Below are positions 24,315-37,273 of a stretch of DNA of 64,000 bases, one piece after another (the first letter of the stretch is position 1; each line of letters begins with the position of its first letter). The notes under the pieces are model-generated. The model searched no databases. It was given only the letters and a program-made list of their open reading frames with translations, and was not told where the DNA came from. The stretch comes from Bigelowiella natans CCMP2755 (lineage: Eukaryota > Protista > Cercozoa). The stretch is from contig ADNK01001509.1 in assembly GCA_000320545.1 (NCBI GenBank), forward strand, positions 1-64,000, written 5' to 3'. Both the position numbers and the translations under genes were made by a program.

Positions 24315-26027
24315 ATGAAGCTCCCAGGAGCGGTGGACTCTCCGTCGGGCGAATCTAATTCAATAGATATCAGTACCCCGACCCCGAAAACTGAAGAAAA
24401 CGTAGACTCCACCCACAGCTTTTTCGATCTGAACGAAGATGGAGAGCTGGACTACCTGGACCTCCTCTATGCTCCAGTTTTGTGCTTTTCCTGCATGGAA
24501 CTGGTCGTTGGGGTTGGTTTTAAATCTATTCCCCTCGGAGCACTACTGGGGGCGGTACTAATTATCATAGCTCTCAACATAAACTTGGCCGGTATCGTTC
24601 AGTTACATAATGGACTCAAGAGGTTCAGCGTTGACCTCTCTGAAATAATCGTGTGGACAACTCTAGGGTATACCAGCTGCATAGTTCTAGACTTCCTCGT
24701 TGTAGGTCATGGCCTCCTTGTATCTCTCAAAACCGTAGAGAACGACTACTGTGGTCGTGGGAGAGGCCGCTGTTGTCCTTTCAAAGTGAACGAGTGTTTT
24801 GTTCGATGCTCGGAGTGCATGAGTTGCTGCCTAAGGGCCACTTTCCAAGTGATATTAGCGATCCTAGGCACAATTTTACTCTGGTCAACATTTTTTATAT
24901 TCTTATCCGAAACGATAGCAGGAGTGCTTCTCACGGCTGCTTTCATCGGGATTGAAGAAACATGTGAAGCTGCAATTCCGATTGCGAGGAATGCTGTGAA
25001 TAGCACCGCCCTTGATATTATTGATTACTACGACACCTCTGGACTAAAAACTGCTGCTCAATCAGTATCAAGTCCACCTTTTAGTTTAGGAATTGCAAGC
25101 AATGTTGAACAAACTGTGGCAGATATTTCCAACCAAGCCAACTCCTATGTGGACGCTGTGGAAAGGCTGTGCGCATTGTTCGATGGGATGGCTGCCGCTT
25201 CGCAGAGAATAGCTTTTGGAGCTGTGCTAGCCATCACTGCACAAGTGATAGTTTTAATTTATCACGTCACATACTTTACTCTGTGGTGGCATGAGAACAA
25301 AAGGACACAGGAAAAGGCTAAGCGGCACATAGATCCATCGGAACCGGGTTATACTCACCCTGCGATACAGCGCGCTATTGACAACGCTGAAGCAACTAAA
25401 AAGGAGAGGATTCTAGCGAAGCTAGAAAAAATAAGAACGAAAACTGATATGATTAGGGAGTTTAATGAAATCCAGATTTCAAGATCGAACTCGCAGCTGG
25501 TGAGAAGAAGGGGGAGAAGAAAAGAGAGAAAAGCATGCCTGGAGGTTAAAATGACTGACAGTAAAAGTAGCACATGGGCATCAAGTAGATGTACAGACGG
25601 ACAAATGACTAAGATGAAGCCTGTCAATGCTAAGCCATCTCAGATTTGCAATGGAAACAAAAACTGCAGCGGTAATACAGACTCGGGGCAGAAAATAATA
25701 CCTGGAGGGGAAAACGGGAACCTTCGGTCATCAAAACCATTAGAAATAGAAGGCAATGCAACGGAAACAATTAATCATATAAACAAGGCTGAAACGATGC
25801 GCGGGGCAACTGATTCCGGAATATTGAAGGAAGATGAGGACAACAAAAAGCAAATCCAACCTCAACAAGATGGCCAGAATTCCTTACAAGAACAAACTAC
25901 AATAGAAAAGGGGAAAGGGGAAACAGCAGAGGTTACAGAGTCTAAGAAAAGGGCGGCTGTGGCCTTACTTGCGCAAAAAGGTGTGGCAGCCAACGCTGAT
26001 GACGACGACCTCTCTGAGCTTGCGTGA
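24315..26027 (+). CDS. Intronless 4-TM membrane protein with N-terminal EF-hand-like loop and long charged C-tail; myelin PLP/M6-like topology
   Basis: 570-aa ORF from ATG 24315; DLNEDGELDYLD loop; four hydrophobic segments; Cys-rich loop between TM2 and TM3; a Cys at each end of the TM3-TM4 loop. Confidence 0.8.
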   Translation: MKLPGAVDSPSGESNSIDISTPTPKTEENVDSTHSFFDLNEDGELDYLDLLYAPVLCFSCMELVVGVGFKSIPLGALLGAVLIIIALNINLAGIVQLHNGLKRFSVDLSEIIVWTTLGYTSCIVLDFLVVGHGLLVSLKTVENDYCGRGRGRCCPFKVNECFVRCSECMSCCLRATFQVILAILGTILLWSTFFIFLSETIAGVLLTAAFIGIEETCEAAIPIARNAVNSTALDIIDYYDTSGLKTAAQSVSSPPFSLGIASNVEQTVADISNQANSYVDAVERLCALFDGMAAASQRIAFGAVLAITAQVIVLIYHVTYFTLWWHENKRTQEKAKRHIDPSEPGYTHPAIQRAIDNAEATKKERILAKLEKIRTKTDMIREFNEIQISRSNSQLVRRRGRRKERKACLEVKMTDSKSSTWASSRCTDGQMTKMKPVNAKPSQICNGNKNCSGNTDSGQKIIPGGENGNLRSSKPLEIEGNATETINHINKAETMRGATDSGILKEDEDNKKQIQPQQDGQNSLQEQTTIEKGKGETAEVTESKKRAAVALLAQKGVAANADDDDLSELA

Positions 26028-27009
26028 CCATCCGCATGTATAAGAAAGAGTATTAGTATGTCTTTGTGCAACAATCATCAGATGGGCATAGATGCAACAA
26101 TGGGTATTATCATGAATGCATTGACGAGTACTCACGATGCACGCACACAAACGTTCACCTGCGCACTGCCATAGTAATGTTGGGGCGCACTAATAGACGA
26201 CTAGTGATAGAACATGTTCTCGCAGTGACAACACTAGGAATTTATGAACTAGCTAGGATTGAAGCTAGGTCATCCTTGTTTACAACTAGCGAGATAAAAA
26301 ATGCAACGCTTCCAGAATATCATGTGCGGGGGAGGTACGTAAGCAATGCTAGCAATGCTGGAATGCATCGTCGGCGACCTACAAATGTCTATGTTTCGCA
26401 TTTGTTACTTTTGCCACATCATGCACCCACATCTTCATTCAAAATGTTACACACATCATAGTATTGTCTAGATCTGTATGTCCCACGTTATAACGTGTAC
26501 ACAAGATTGGGATGATCATTGGAAAAATTCAATTCAATCATTACTCCTGTCTAATACTACATACATAAGAGTTGTTCTGTTGCGACTGGAGCGGTTGATC
26601 TCTTCACCATTCACCATTATAGCTTGAGCTACTTCGGGCACATCGCTAGACATGTCAACAGTACTAATATGACACATTACAGCTAGTTGCTTTATTTAAT
26701 GCTATAATAAAATACTTACGTCGTGTGCTATAGTTGAAGCACATCTATACATGCTAGGATACGCGCATGCTACACATACGATGCATACGATTCTGATATA
26801 CATGAGCAGTAGTTGTATGATAGCATTAGGACATACAATCATGCAACATATATATGAGTGGTACATCGACGTTCCATGCAAACATGTGTAATACAAGGTT
26901 TCTGCTGGAAAAATGTTATTACTTTTTTGGATCAATAGTTGTCTCCGTGTTTTTATCATATTCCTCACTGCTTTTACTATCGACTGCTGAAGAGGGGCGA
27001 TGTACATCT

Positions 27010-28853
27010 TCATTGGAATCCTGCCAAATTCTATCGTCAGAAGGAGAAAATCATTAATTAAATAATACGAGTATACCTTCGACTGTAACCAATCTCCGTT
27101 CGGAAACGCCGTGCACTTTTCCTTTTGCTCCTGTGACTTTTCCTGAGTTATCCAACAATATGTTTTTTTTCAATTTCTTCATGGGAATCAATCGTCAAAA
27201 CGACAGGCCAGCAATCAGAAGGGCAGTACCTGGAAATAGATATACGCCATAATAGTCTCCGGATTTTCTTCGGTGGGACGTGAGCTTTGGGATTGGTTTC
27301 CATCTTCCGCAACGACCGTTGCCTCTACTACCGCACGTTTATACAGCCCATGTTTCCTCCCTGGTTCATATCCTTCTATTCTGCAGTTGTGTTGTTATGA
27401 GACTGTTGATTCAATTCCTATCTGTGTCTCTAAAATCATTGAACGCTGTTCGAAACCGAGAATGTTTGTGAGAATTTACCGGTTGCACATTTGCAGTTTC
27501 TTTGCAAACAGATGGTCTTCAGGCCACGTCAGCAAGGTCCCAAACACCTATAATCCATCGCGTATCCTTAGAGGGGGGGGGGGGGGGGCGGAGTGCATAA
27601 ACTTCTGAGGCGACACCTTAGCCTCCTTTTTCTCAGTTGTGGAGCAGAAAGGGTAGAAAAGCTTTGGCTCCTGGAACAGCTAAAAGAGATGCATCAAGCT
27701 AGGATTGTTGAGCTGCGCTACAAGGACGTTCAAGTAATCTGTTCTTATGAACAACGAGGAAGAAGCGCTAAGTATGGAGCGAAGAGAAGGAAGAACTGCA
27801 CACCTCGTAGCCGGTGACAGAAGCCCTTTTCCATTTACACGAGGAATCCACGACCTTCCACTTGTCTCCTTTATTGATTAGAATTACCTGTGGAGTCATA
27901 TCAGTAGCTTACTAGTCGGGAAACTCTGACCTTCTTTTGAGTAATCCGCTCGAAGGGTTCCGTAGCTGAAAATAGCACGGACCTGAGACGTGCAAGATCA
28001 TAAGGTTTTGGACAGCAGCGCTTCTTCGATTATTGGCCTATGAATATTCGGTGTTGATTCGAGCATGAAGCACTACCGGACGGGCAAGAATATCTTTCTC
28101 CGGTTCGTTCACAGGCTGTGCAAGGGCAGTGAGTCTTCCTAAATAACATGGGCGATCATGATGACTTGCGACAAATGCCACGTTCTTATGTCGACCTATA
28201 ATCTCCATGCTTGTTTCTTGCGGAATTTGGGAGATTTCCTTGCCATAGGAATCTGCAGGATTACTTAGCATTACTTATAACCAGTTATCTCTGTTCTCCG
28301 AAGACGACTATCTGACCTCGATAGTCGTAGATGACCTCCCTCACATCTTCTCTTTCGAACGATAACGATAAGAGCGACTAAGTAGGGATAGCTCATAATC
28401 AGGTCGATCACGGCTAATTAGAAAAAGAGAAGGTGGTGCAGGGCAAGAAAGAGACGGACTGTACTTTCGCTAGCTTGGAATCCATTATCTCCAAGCTCTG
28501 TGTTCCCGAAGAATGGGCTCATTTTTAAGACTACGACAACAAAATTTGGCTGTAGGCAACGGATTGTCGATGTAAAAAGAATATTATTTTCGTATTGTTG
28601 TTTATGTTGTAGCAATGATATCATTCCGAAACAAATCTTATGTTGCAATCGGGATATGGTCTGACGCTCTCCGTCGGCACGAGAAGGAGCAATAATATTC
28701 GGCTTCCTTTCCTCGGAGAAGAATCTGTACGAGGTTTCTTTCCCTGCGACAACTAAATTGAGATATAATCCCTGTAGAAACGGAAGGCAATTTTGTCAAA
28801 AGGCGGGGGGCCTGATGCGGAGGGATCCCCGACAGCGAAAATCCACGGTTCAT
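27010..28853 (-). CDS. Gamma-glutamylcyclotransferase (GGCT/AIG2-like) family protein with N-terminal extension, multi-exon
   Basis: Exons YGTLRADYSKE (~27930-27965), VFGTLLTWPED, EGYEPGRKHGLYKRAVVE, ETIMAYIYFQ, FPNGDWLQ reproduce the family motif order (YGTL...EGY...Y.R...AY.Y...GDW). 5' exons and start are uncertain. Confidence 0.65.
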
Positions 28854-28864
28854 AAATCACAATA

Positions 28865-29873
28865 ATGGATCCCGTCTTTCTGCTCTGGAATGATAAAACT
28901 ATAATCCCCGACAAATGCCTACACGACAGTGGACACTATCGACAGGTATGATGTACATTGGATGGGCTAAACAGCATCCACTCACTCCGATTTCTGCTGA
29001 AGTTTGTGCAGCGATACTTGGGGGTGGACGTTGACGAGTTAGGGAAGCTGCTTTCTTCTTCCGATCTTCCTTGTATACCCCGGGATGCAAAGGAGGTGCT
29101 TTATCGAGGAAGACAGATCAGTCGGACAAATTTCTTTTTGTATGACGACTCGGACGGGAAAGGAATGCCAGTGTATTGCTACACAGGGTTCCAGGTGAAA
29201 CAAACAACTGACATGGAAAAAAATGGGTGCTGCCATGAATGCTAACGAATGTCAACATTAGTGGGCTTCGACGAAGTTCTACCAACCCGTAGAACGATTC
29301 CCAGCTGTGCATGCGATACTCAAAAAGCTCAACGCATCCATGAGGTTTTCTTCAAAACAAATCGAGTATCAGAAAGATAATCGAGAGGGGCCCAACAACA
29401 ACCCAGAACTGAGGACAGTTGGCTTCAATCACGTGGTCGGTACAAAATATGCCGATGGGAAAGATGGAATTGGATACCACATGGATAAGACCCGGTCGTT
29501 TCATGAAGGGTCGCCGATTGTGTTGCTCTCATTCGGAGTTGACAGAGAATTTCACGTGAAATGCAACCAAACAGACAAAGTTGATAGATTCGTCATGCAA
29601 AAAGGAGACATGTTCATTCTGGGATGGAACACTAACAAGATGTTTAAGCATGCACTCGTTCCTGTGAGCCAAGAGTCGGAGATTGTACGCGAACCTGAAC
29701 GTGGTTCTGACATTGGTGTCCGGACGTCTCTTTGCTTCAGAAGTATCAAGCAAAGAGAGACTAGTCATTCTCGAAAGCGAAAAATTGAAAAATCTAACGA
29801 AAAACGAATTGCTGAAGAGAAAAAAAAAAATGCAAGGAATATACGGATTGGAAGCAAGCCAAAAGGAAACTAG
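28865..29873 (+). CDS. AlkB-family (ALKBH2/3-like) 2-oxoglutarate/Fe(II) dioxygenase
   Basis: FNHVVGTKYADGKDGIGYHMD (HxD), LSFG, FKHALVP (distal His), RTSLCFR (RxxxxxR). Intron 29195-29261 joins YTGFQ|WAST in frame; probable first intron near 28946-29002. Confidence 0.88.
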
Positions 29874-30486
29874 ATCATTAAGACTATGCAGCCGGCTCTA
29901 CATATTGCATCTGCTGCGCTTGTGCGGGTAAACAAGTAAACGCCACAAGCTCTCATGAAATTAAATATGATTGCGCATTCCTTCATGCAATTAAATGTAA
30001 TAAAGAGTAAATAACAATATTGATCCATTGGCACATCTAGATCTGCAGCTTAAATTACGCAAGTATACTTAGAAAAGGGTATTTGCTTCACAAAGCTATG
30101 GCGCACGCATGCATACAAAAACTCACCGCTAAATCATTTCAAAGCTTTCGCGATAATAAAAATGCGGAATACGCGAGCTCTGAACTGATGCGCTATGCTT
30201 CCGCAGTATACATGTAACGCTACCATTTCTTTTATTCAGCAAATACGAAATCACCGCAGTAACCACTGGTGATGGCTGGCCTGTCTCCTGTCAATCGTAG
30301 GGAATATTTCATGCACGACAGAAAACAATTTATGCAACTCTACCAATTTCTGTTGAGATTTAATAAACTTCTAATCGTAGCAAGCTTTCTGAGGACATAA
30401 AATTTATCATCGTGCAATAACGCGAATACCCTTTGCTGCTGTACATTAACAGAGATGCATATCGTCGATCGATTCTCGGTTGCCTC

Positions 30487-32272
30487 TCATTGGCAACGTA
30501 AGCGTGCATAGATGTAGAAATTTGAAGATAACGATGACCCGGAGGCCGACGATGACACCGTATCTTTGTCTTGACATACTCTAAAGTCGTAGCGATTGTT
30601 TGCCAGCATCCTGATAGGATAAACGTCCATCAGATGAAGATTACATTCATCTAATGGCGTATCTTTCATGATTGGACTAAAATTGTGTATCTAATCCCCC
30701 CCCCCCCCCGTTCAAATGCTGTAGTAGGAATAGCGTACTACTTTGTAATTCTTCCGATTCTTCCGGAAACATTGTGCGTCTCAATGACAAAGGCCTGGAT
30801 CTTTCCCCAGTCCTCTTTGCTCTCAATGCTCCGAAGAACATCTTCCTCAGCACCTATGGCCGATGCAGTCCCCGAATTAAAGAAAGAAAAATGGGGAGAA
30901 ATGACACATATGTGCGCGAGTGCTTTTATTCGTGATTGTGGGCATGAGTGTGCTTTTGTATGTGTGCTTTTGTGTGTGTGTGTTTGTGTGTGTGTGTGTA
31001 AAAATATATTCGTTAACTCACCTTCAACGTCGATCTTCACAAGATCGATTCTCTTAAGATCCAATCGTCTGATTACCTCCGAAAGAGTGATAACAGGACA
31101 TAACTGCGTACGAGCACATGCAGTGTAGCATGCGCGCTTGAGCGGGCCCATCTTGCTGATCTGTTGGATGGAATCAATCATTTCTCTTCGTTTGTGCGTT
31201 TTTGGTCATTGCAACCGCGCTGTATGTTGCTAACGGTGGGTGATGATAATTTTGAGAATGACGACAATCAGATAACAATCATTACCAAGCACTCTTCCTT
31301 CTCTTTCGGATGCAACGTGGAATTGCCGGTCATATTCGGATATACAGTGATTTCCATTCTTTTTCTTCGTGCCTTGGTGCCATCCCCCCCCCCCTTTTCC
31401 TTATCTGTCTTATGCCCATTCTTCTCTAAGCCGGTAGCGGCAACGGCCGCCCTGTAGGCAAATATTTGCAGCCCATTCTGTGCAAACGACGATGACGATG
31501 GCATTGTTCCATCAATCCTTTTTGGCCTCTTTTGATTTGGCATTGTCACTGCCGCGGCCATCGTCGTTGGTAACATTCTGTTCGCCTTCTCCTCCGCCCC
31601 CTCGCCCCCTTCCTCTGCTTCTTCTATGGCTACCTCCTGGGCAGCTGGCAGACCATTTGCTCGAAGATTGGCCTTGATCAAAGAGAAATTCTCGATGACG
31701 GGCTCGATCATGATAATGCGCGAGAGCGACGGTGAGTGCGATGATGATGATGATGATGATGATAACAATGGACATTCCTTCTCCTCTTCTCCCTTATCTG
31801 CCTCATCCCCCTCCCTCCCTCCTCCTCCCCCTCCTGCTGCTGCTGCAGCTGAAATACACATCTTTCGGCCTGTGTAGAGGGAGAAGAGACCCACGTGTGC
31901 GCCCACATCAATCACCTTGAAAGACAAGCACAAAGAGGACAATATCAACATCAATTGTCCCGTGCTACTCCTTACTACATACTAGCATGTTCCATGCTGC
32001 ATTGAGCAGGTGAGGGGAGGTTACCGTTGCCCCCACAGCATGATGCTGTAATCGTTGGCGTGCTAATGAAGATACAGTTGCGTCGTCTTGGGTTATACCC
32101 GTCAACCAGAAGCGATCGTAGAGCTTTTTTTGGAAGATCTCCGAGTAGATGAATGCCCCTTCTTCAGGACTGTTCAGGTCTTGCAAGGGGGGGGGAGGGT
32201 GAGGGGGTTAGATATAGATATAATGCGTCCATAGATCGTGCGCGAATATTTTACGGCAAGTATAATATATAT

Positions 32273-32308
<36 letters not shown>

Positions 32309-32583
32309 GTATACAGCTTGTGTGCACTATTAGTGATAGGAGGTTGTAGGTGTGTATTCAGTAATACTGCGCACGTTTTTTTGGTTTTAAATGCAGCAAT
32401 GGGTGAAGTCGCACATAGCTTGAGGTCCCCGCACACTGGATCTCGGACTTGGACGATTTGCGGTGGTGGTAGGGGCACTGCGTGCGGATGGGCATAAGCT
32501 GTCGGTTCCGAGCTGGGTCGTTGTCTTTCAATTTTTGAGTTTGTTGTGAGTAAATGCGAGAATCGAAGTTGTTATGCTAGCGT

Positions 32584-32625
<42 letters not shown>

Positions 32626-32746
32626 AAGAATGAAAACGAGAGGAAATTGATATACACTATAAATATGTGTTTTTCGCTCCTGCTAGTTGATATACTCCTT
32701 ACTTATCCCTTTGCAGCATTCTCTCATCGGCGGAAGACATCGCCAT
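30487..32746 (-). CDS. FkbM-family SAM-dependent methyltransferase (possibly the C-terminal domain of the upstream glycosyltransferase)
   Basis: EEGAFIYSEIF, VIDVGAHVGLFSLY, IIMIEPV..NF..IKANL, YPNMTGNST, VITLSEVIRR..LKRIDLVKIDVEG|AEEDVL, ETHNVSGR; last exon ends YIYARLRCQ* at 30487. Confidence 0.88.
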
Positions 32747-32829
32747 GATAACCACCACTACCCCCACCACCACCACCACCACCACCACCACCATATCACC
32801 AGCATCAGCACAAACAAAGAAGCAAATAG

Positions 32830-33372
32830 CAAAAACTCCACCGAATAGCTTCATCAAGGCCAGATAAAATGCGAGAGACGGCCTCCTTCACCTGGGGAGG
32901 ATGGGGGTCGGGGGGGGATAGAGAGAAGTTTACTAACTAATCTGATGGTAGTATAGCACCTCGACCAAAGTCTTACATAGATGTGAGATAGATGTCACAT
33001 CGTCGTTTCTTGTTCACATATCTCGCATTACCCCATCCTCCATGGAGAGCTTCTTCGCAACTCGCATTGCCTGAAGAAGGAAAAAGGAGGGGAGGGGGGG
33101 GGGGGGAGGTAGGGGCACAGCGACAATATATGATGGATAAATACACGTTTGCTACATGGTATCTACAATGAGAGAGGGGCAAGCTCAATAAAAGAGAACA
33201 TGCTTCTTTTAACATTTAGACGCCAAATTTTCCATCGCTTTGCAATATCGACGCGTAATCTGGCTATTGTTTTGGTTGCTGTTGTTGTTGCCGGCTACTT
33301 GTTCTTTAAGCTTAGGATTGAAGACGGTCCCCCTTAAGATTTCGACCTGTTTTTGTCGCAGCAGTTTGTTCT

Positions 33373-33406
<34 letters not shown>

Positions 33407-33670
33407 TACAATACATATATAAATCTTATGTTGTTGATGATAAATGGTGCGGGGCGTCCAAGATACTCTTTGACCGGAGTGTGGGAGAACAAACATGCAG
33501 CAAGACTACTACTGTGCATGTGGTGGTAGAAATCGCCTGATAGCATCTTACATGAAGCAGCTAGTTGACATTTCTCCCTACCCCCTCCCCCCCTCCCCCT
33601 TCCTTTAAATTCTATGACCATCGTCGATGCGCTAATTTTCGCCGAGATGGGTCGAGATGATGCTGAGTAA

Positions 33671-33717
<47 letters not shown>

Positions 33718-33908
33718 CATAAAAGCAAATGTCTTCAAGCAGCAGGAGAAATAGTTGTCCCCATTAGGAAACAAATACTCCCGTTGAAGGAGCAGAATAT
33801 GATCTTCGTTTCTTCTCTCGAAATGACACGACTCGTCTCACTGATAATCGCAAAGTCGTACGTGCAAACACTACCTGCAACTCCAAGATGCAGAGTCTTT
33901 TCCCCCTA

Positions 33909-33945
<37 letters not shown>

Positions 33946-35348
33946 CGAATTCATGCGCACACACGCACAGAAGAATTATATAACTATCAGCAAAAACAAA
34001 CACCCCAGCCTTCTTCTCTCACTACAGAGTCTTTCCAAAAGGTAGCACTTTACTCGAATGTTGCATGAAATAGCAGCTAGTTCCCAACATATCACCATCG
34101 TAGAAGAAAATCCCGTGATTTCAATGCATATTCTACCAATGTTTTCTGTGAAGCAAACTCACATCCTCCCACCAAAAATGACGCTATTCGGAATACAAAC
34201 TCCACAGACTATCGTCTACTCTCAATTCATCGATGCGAACATCCTTCGCAACTTAAATATTCAAACGTCCATTGCGGTAGTTCTCTTTCGATATGTGTCT
34301 AACATCATATGACCCAGAAGTGCTGATCTCTCACAACTTTCTCTGAGAAGTAAAAAATAGCTTGGGGAACACCAGCCTTTAAGGCGTTGCCTAAACAAAA
34401 GAATAATATAAATGTAAATATAAACATTTCTATATATACATATATAATATTACGTGTTGATTCATGGCGAAATAGACAAACCAGCATCATCTCTCGACTC
34501 TCAAACATCGATAGGATCAATGGCGCTGAGAAAGACTATATGCCAGAAAACGTAGTACTCGATGTTTGCGATCCTCCATGATGAAGAACAGCACTCAGAC
34601 GGGGAAAGAGCACATCGTGCGGCACGTCGTAATCGCACTTGTAAATCCTATGGTAGCAAAGAAACGAGGTTGCGTGTAACACTGGAAAGATCATCTAGTA
34701 GTGAAACACGCTCGCTGGGGACTTCTTCTTCGCATAACATGATCGAGGGGGGGGAATCAGGAGGGTTTTATAAAGTGCGACCAAGGAGAGACAGAGGGAG
34801 GGAGAGCGCGAGAGAGACATGAAATGGATTATCGCAACAGAACGATGTGGGGTTATTCATCAATTCTGCACAACACTAAAGCAGCAGCTTTTGCCTTCTC
34901 TCTTTGAGCGCTTCATGCCATATAGAGCCCCATTTTTGGCCTCCACGCCTTATCGCAGCTTCAGCATCAGCAGCCACCATTGAAAAGGAAGAAGAAGAAG
35001 AAGAAGAAGAAGAAGAAGAAGAAATAGGCCTCCTTAAAGCAGCCTGCCGACTATTATGACGACGAGAATGGCTACTGCTATGATTATGCGAGTCGTCTCC
35101 ATCTTTATCGCCACCACCGGGGGCAAAGTTCGGGTGAGATTGTGAGAGGAAAGCTGATAAAAGTGGCTGCAAGAACTCTTGTTTTTCATGGCGATTGCTA
35201 TCACCGACGCCGCAATCGTTGACTTCGTCGTCGTAGCCGTCGCAGCAGTGCGTTTTCCTAGCAGCTCTGATGTGACATCAATCAAGGAATCAATCGGTTG
35301 TCAGTAGGGTAAAAAATACCGCACTACTGCTCGGTATTCTTCCTTCTA

Positions 35349-35387
<39 letters not shown>

Positions 35388-35389
35388 TG

Positions 35390-35423
<34 letters not shown>

Positions 35424-36373
35424 GTGAGAGCGAGAAGGAAGACTAGGGAGGAGCGAAGAGTTGTTGCGAGATTACACGCGAGCGAGTGATAGAAGAAGAA
35501 GAAGAAGAAGAGAGAGAGAGAGAGAGAGAGCGATTAGGGGGGGGGGGGGGGGGGGGTTCCAGCAGCCACGCTAAAGGGTTGCCATCATCTCTTTTCCTCT
35601 TCATCCTTTTCCTTAGCTTTCCGTCTCCCTCCTTCTCTCTCTGGCGGCGTCGCCTGATGTCATTCTGCCCAATATCGAGCGGCGTGTCGCAGGGTCTGAA
35701 CGACCTCACATCGATGATCGCGCGCAGGTTTAGATGCCGGAGCGCTACGATCTGGCGAAAATAGCAACAAGAAGGAGGAGGGGCTGGTGTATTCGTTTGC
35801 AAACATCCTACTCTTAGGAATGAGTAGAGGAATAAAACATAGGCAGGCTCTCTCTCCAGAAGACGGCTGTCCTGCGTCAATCGGAAATACTCATCTTTTT
35901 CCTTTGTTCATATTAGGAGCATTCATTGTCCCTCCTCCCCCCCCCTCCTCCTCTTTTTAACTGACTCTGAAGAGGCAAGGTACTCTAACAATTTTTGTAA
36001 TAATGCTTTATAACCCCCCCCCTGCTATTACTAGTAAGAATACTACTACCAGGCTACAAGCCAGTCTTATGGCGTGGGTTTGGGAGAGAAGGCCTGAGGA
36101 TTGAAAAACGAAGAAGATGTAGAGGATAATGGAGGAGAGGGAGAGGAAGAAGGGGAAGAGGGACAGGGAGGAGGATGAAGAGATAGAGTAATATCGTTAT
36201 TATTGTTTTTTCCTTTGTAGTGGCGGTCATGATTGTCGAAGTAGCAAATGCCCGACAACATCAAAACACACCTTTTGCTCCAAGCGATCCAAATCCAATA
36301 TACCTGCACAGGCATCGAGGATGGAGGAGGAGGAGAGGGGGTATGAGACATGTCGATATATTAGATGTGTGTA

Positions 36374-36437
<64 letters not shown>

Positions 36438-36440
36438 ATA

Positions 36441-36484
<44 letters not shown>

Positions 36485-37085
36485 GCGCATCACACGAAAC
36501 ATGAAACATGAAGACACTAAGGCCATGGTAGAGGGTGGAGAGTTATACAGAGGCTTGGCTGAAGATCCAGTAACATCATCATCGTGTCGCAAGAAATCCT
36601 CCAAAGCTTTAGGAAGCACCGTCTTTTCCCTCGTATCCATTGACAATGACGACGACGATGAAGGAGAAGGTTGTGACGGCAAGCACCAAAAACCAGTGTG
36701 CAAAATGGAGGGAGGGTAATAGCCTGGGATAGGAAAGATGGAAGGGCTCACTCCAATCCTGCAATAACAACAACAACAACACACATCAATACCCAGCAGA
36801 AGAGGAAGATGGACGACGATAACCTATGCTAAATCATCACACAAGTGACCCCCCCCCCCCCCTCCCTTTCACTTATCATCTGCTTCTCGTGCTTCTTACA
36901 TACAGTAGAGGGGTTGGTCTTGGCAGGTGTTGTGGGGCTCTGTGGGTTGCTTTATCTAGTAATGGAATCGGAGGCAGTAGTAACCACTTCGTTCTTGCCG
37001 TCTCATGGCTGAGGGAGAGAAAGAGAAAGAGGGGAGGGAGGGGGGGGAGAGGGAGATGCATCAGAAGTAAGTTTATGAAAATTGT

Positions 37086-37140
<55 letters not shown>

Positions 37141-37215
37141 CACACACTAAGATTTCATGTGTGATATTTCACTTTGATACGTTTGTCTTCGTTAAAATGA
37201 ACCCAAAGCACGATT

Positions 37216-37273
<58 letters not shown>

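Noticed and set aside
28865-29873. AlkB gene as the enzyme behind the TA-depleted islands
   Set aside because: It looks like an ordinary ALKBH2/3-type protein; nothing in the sequence links it to the islands.
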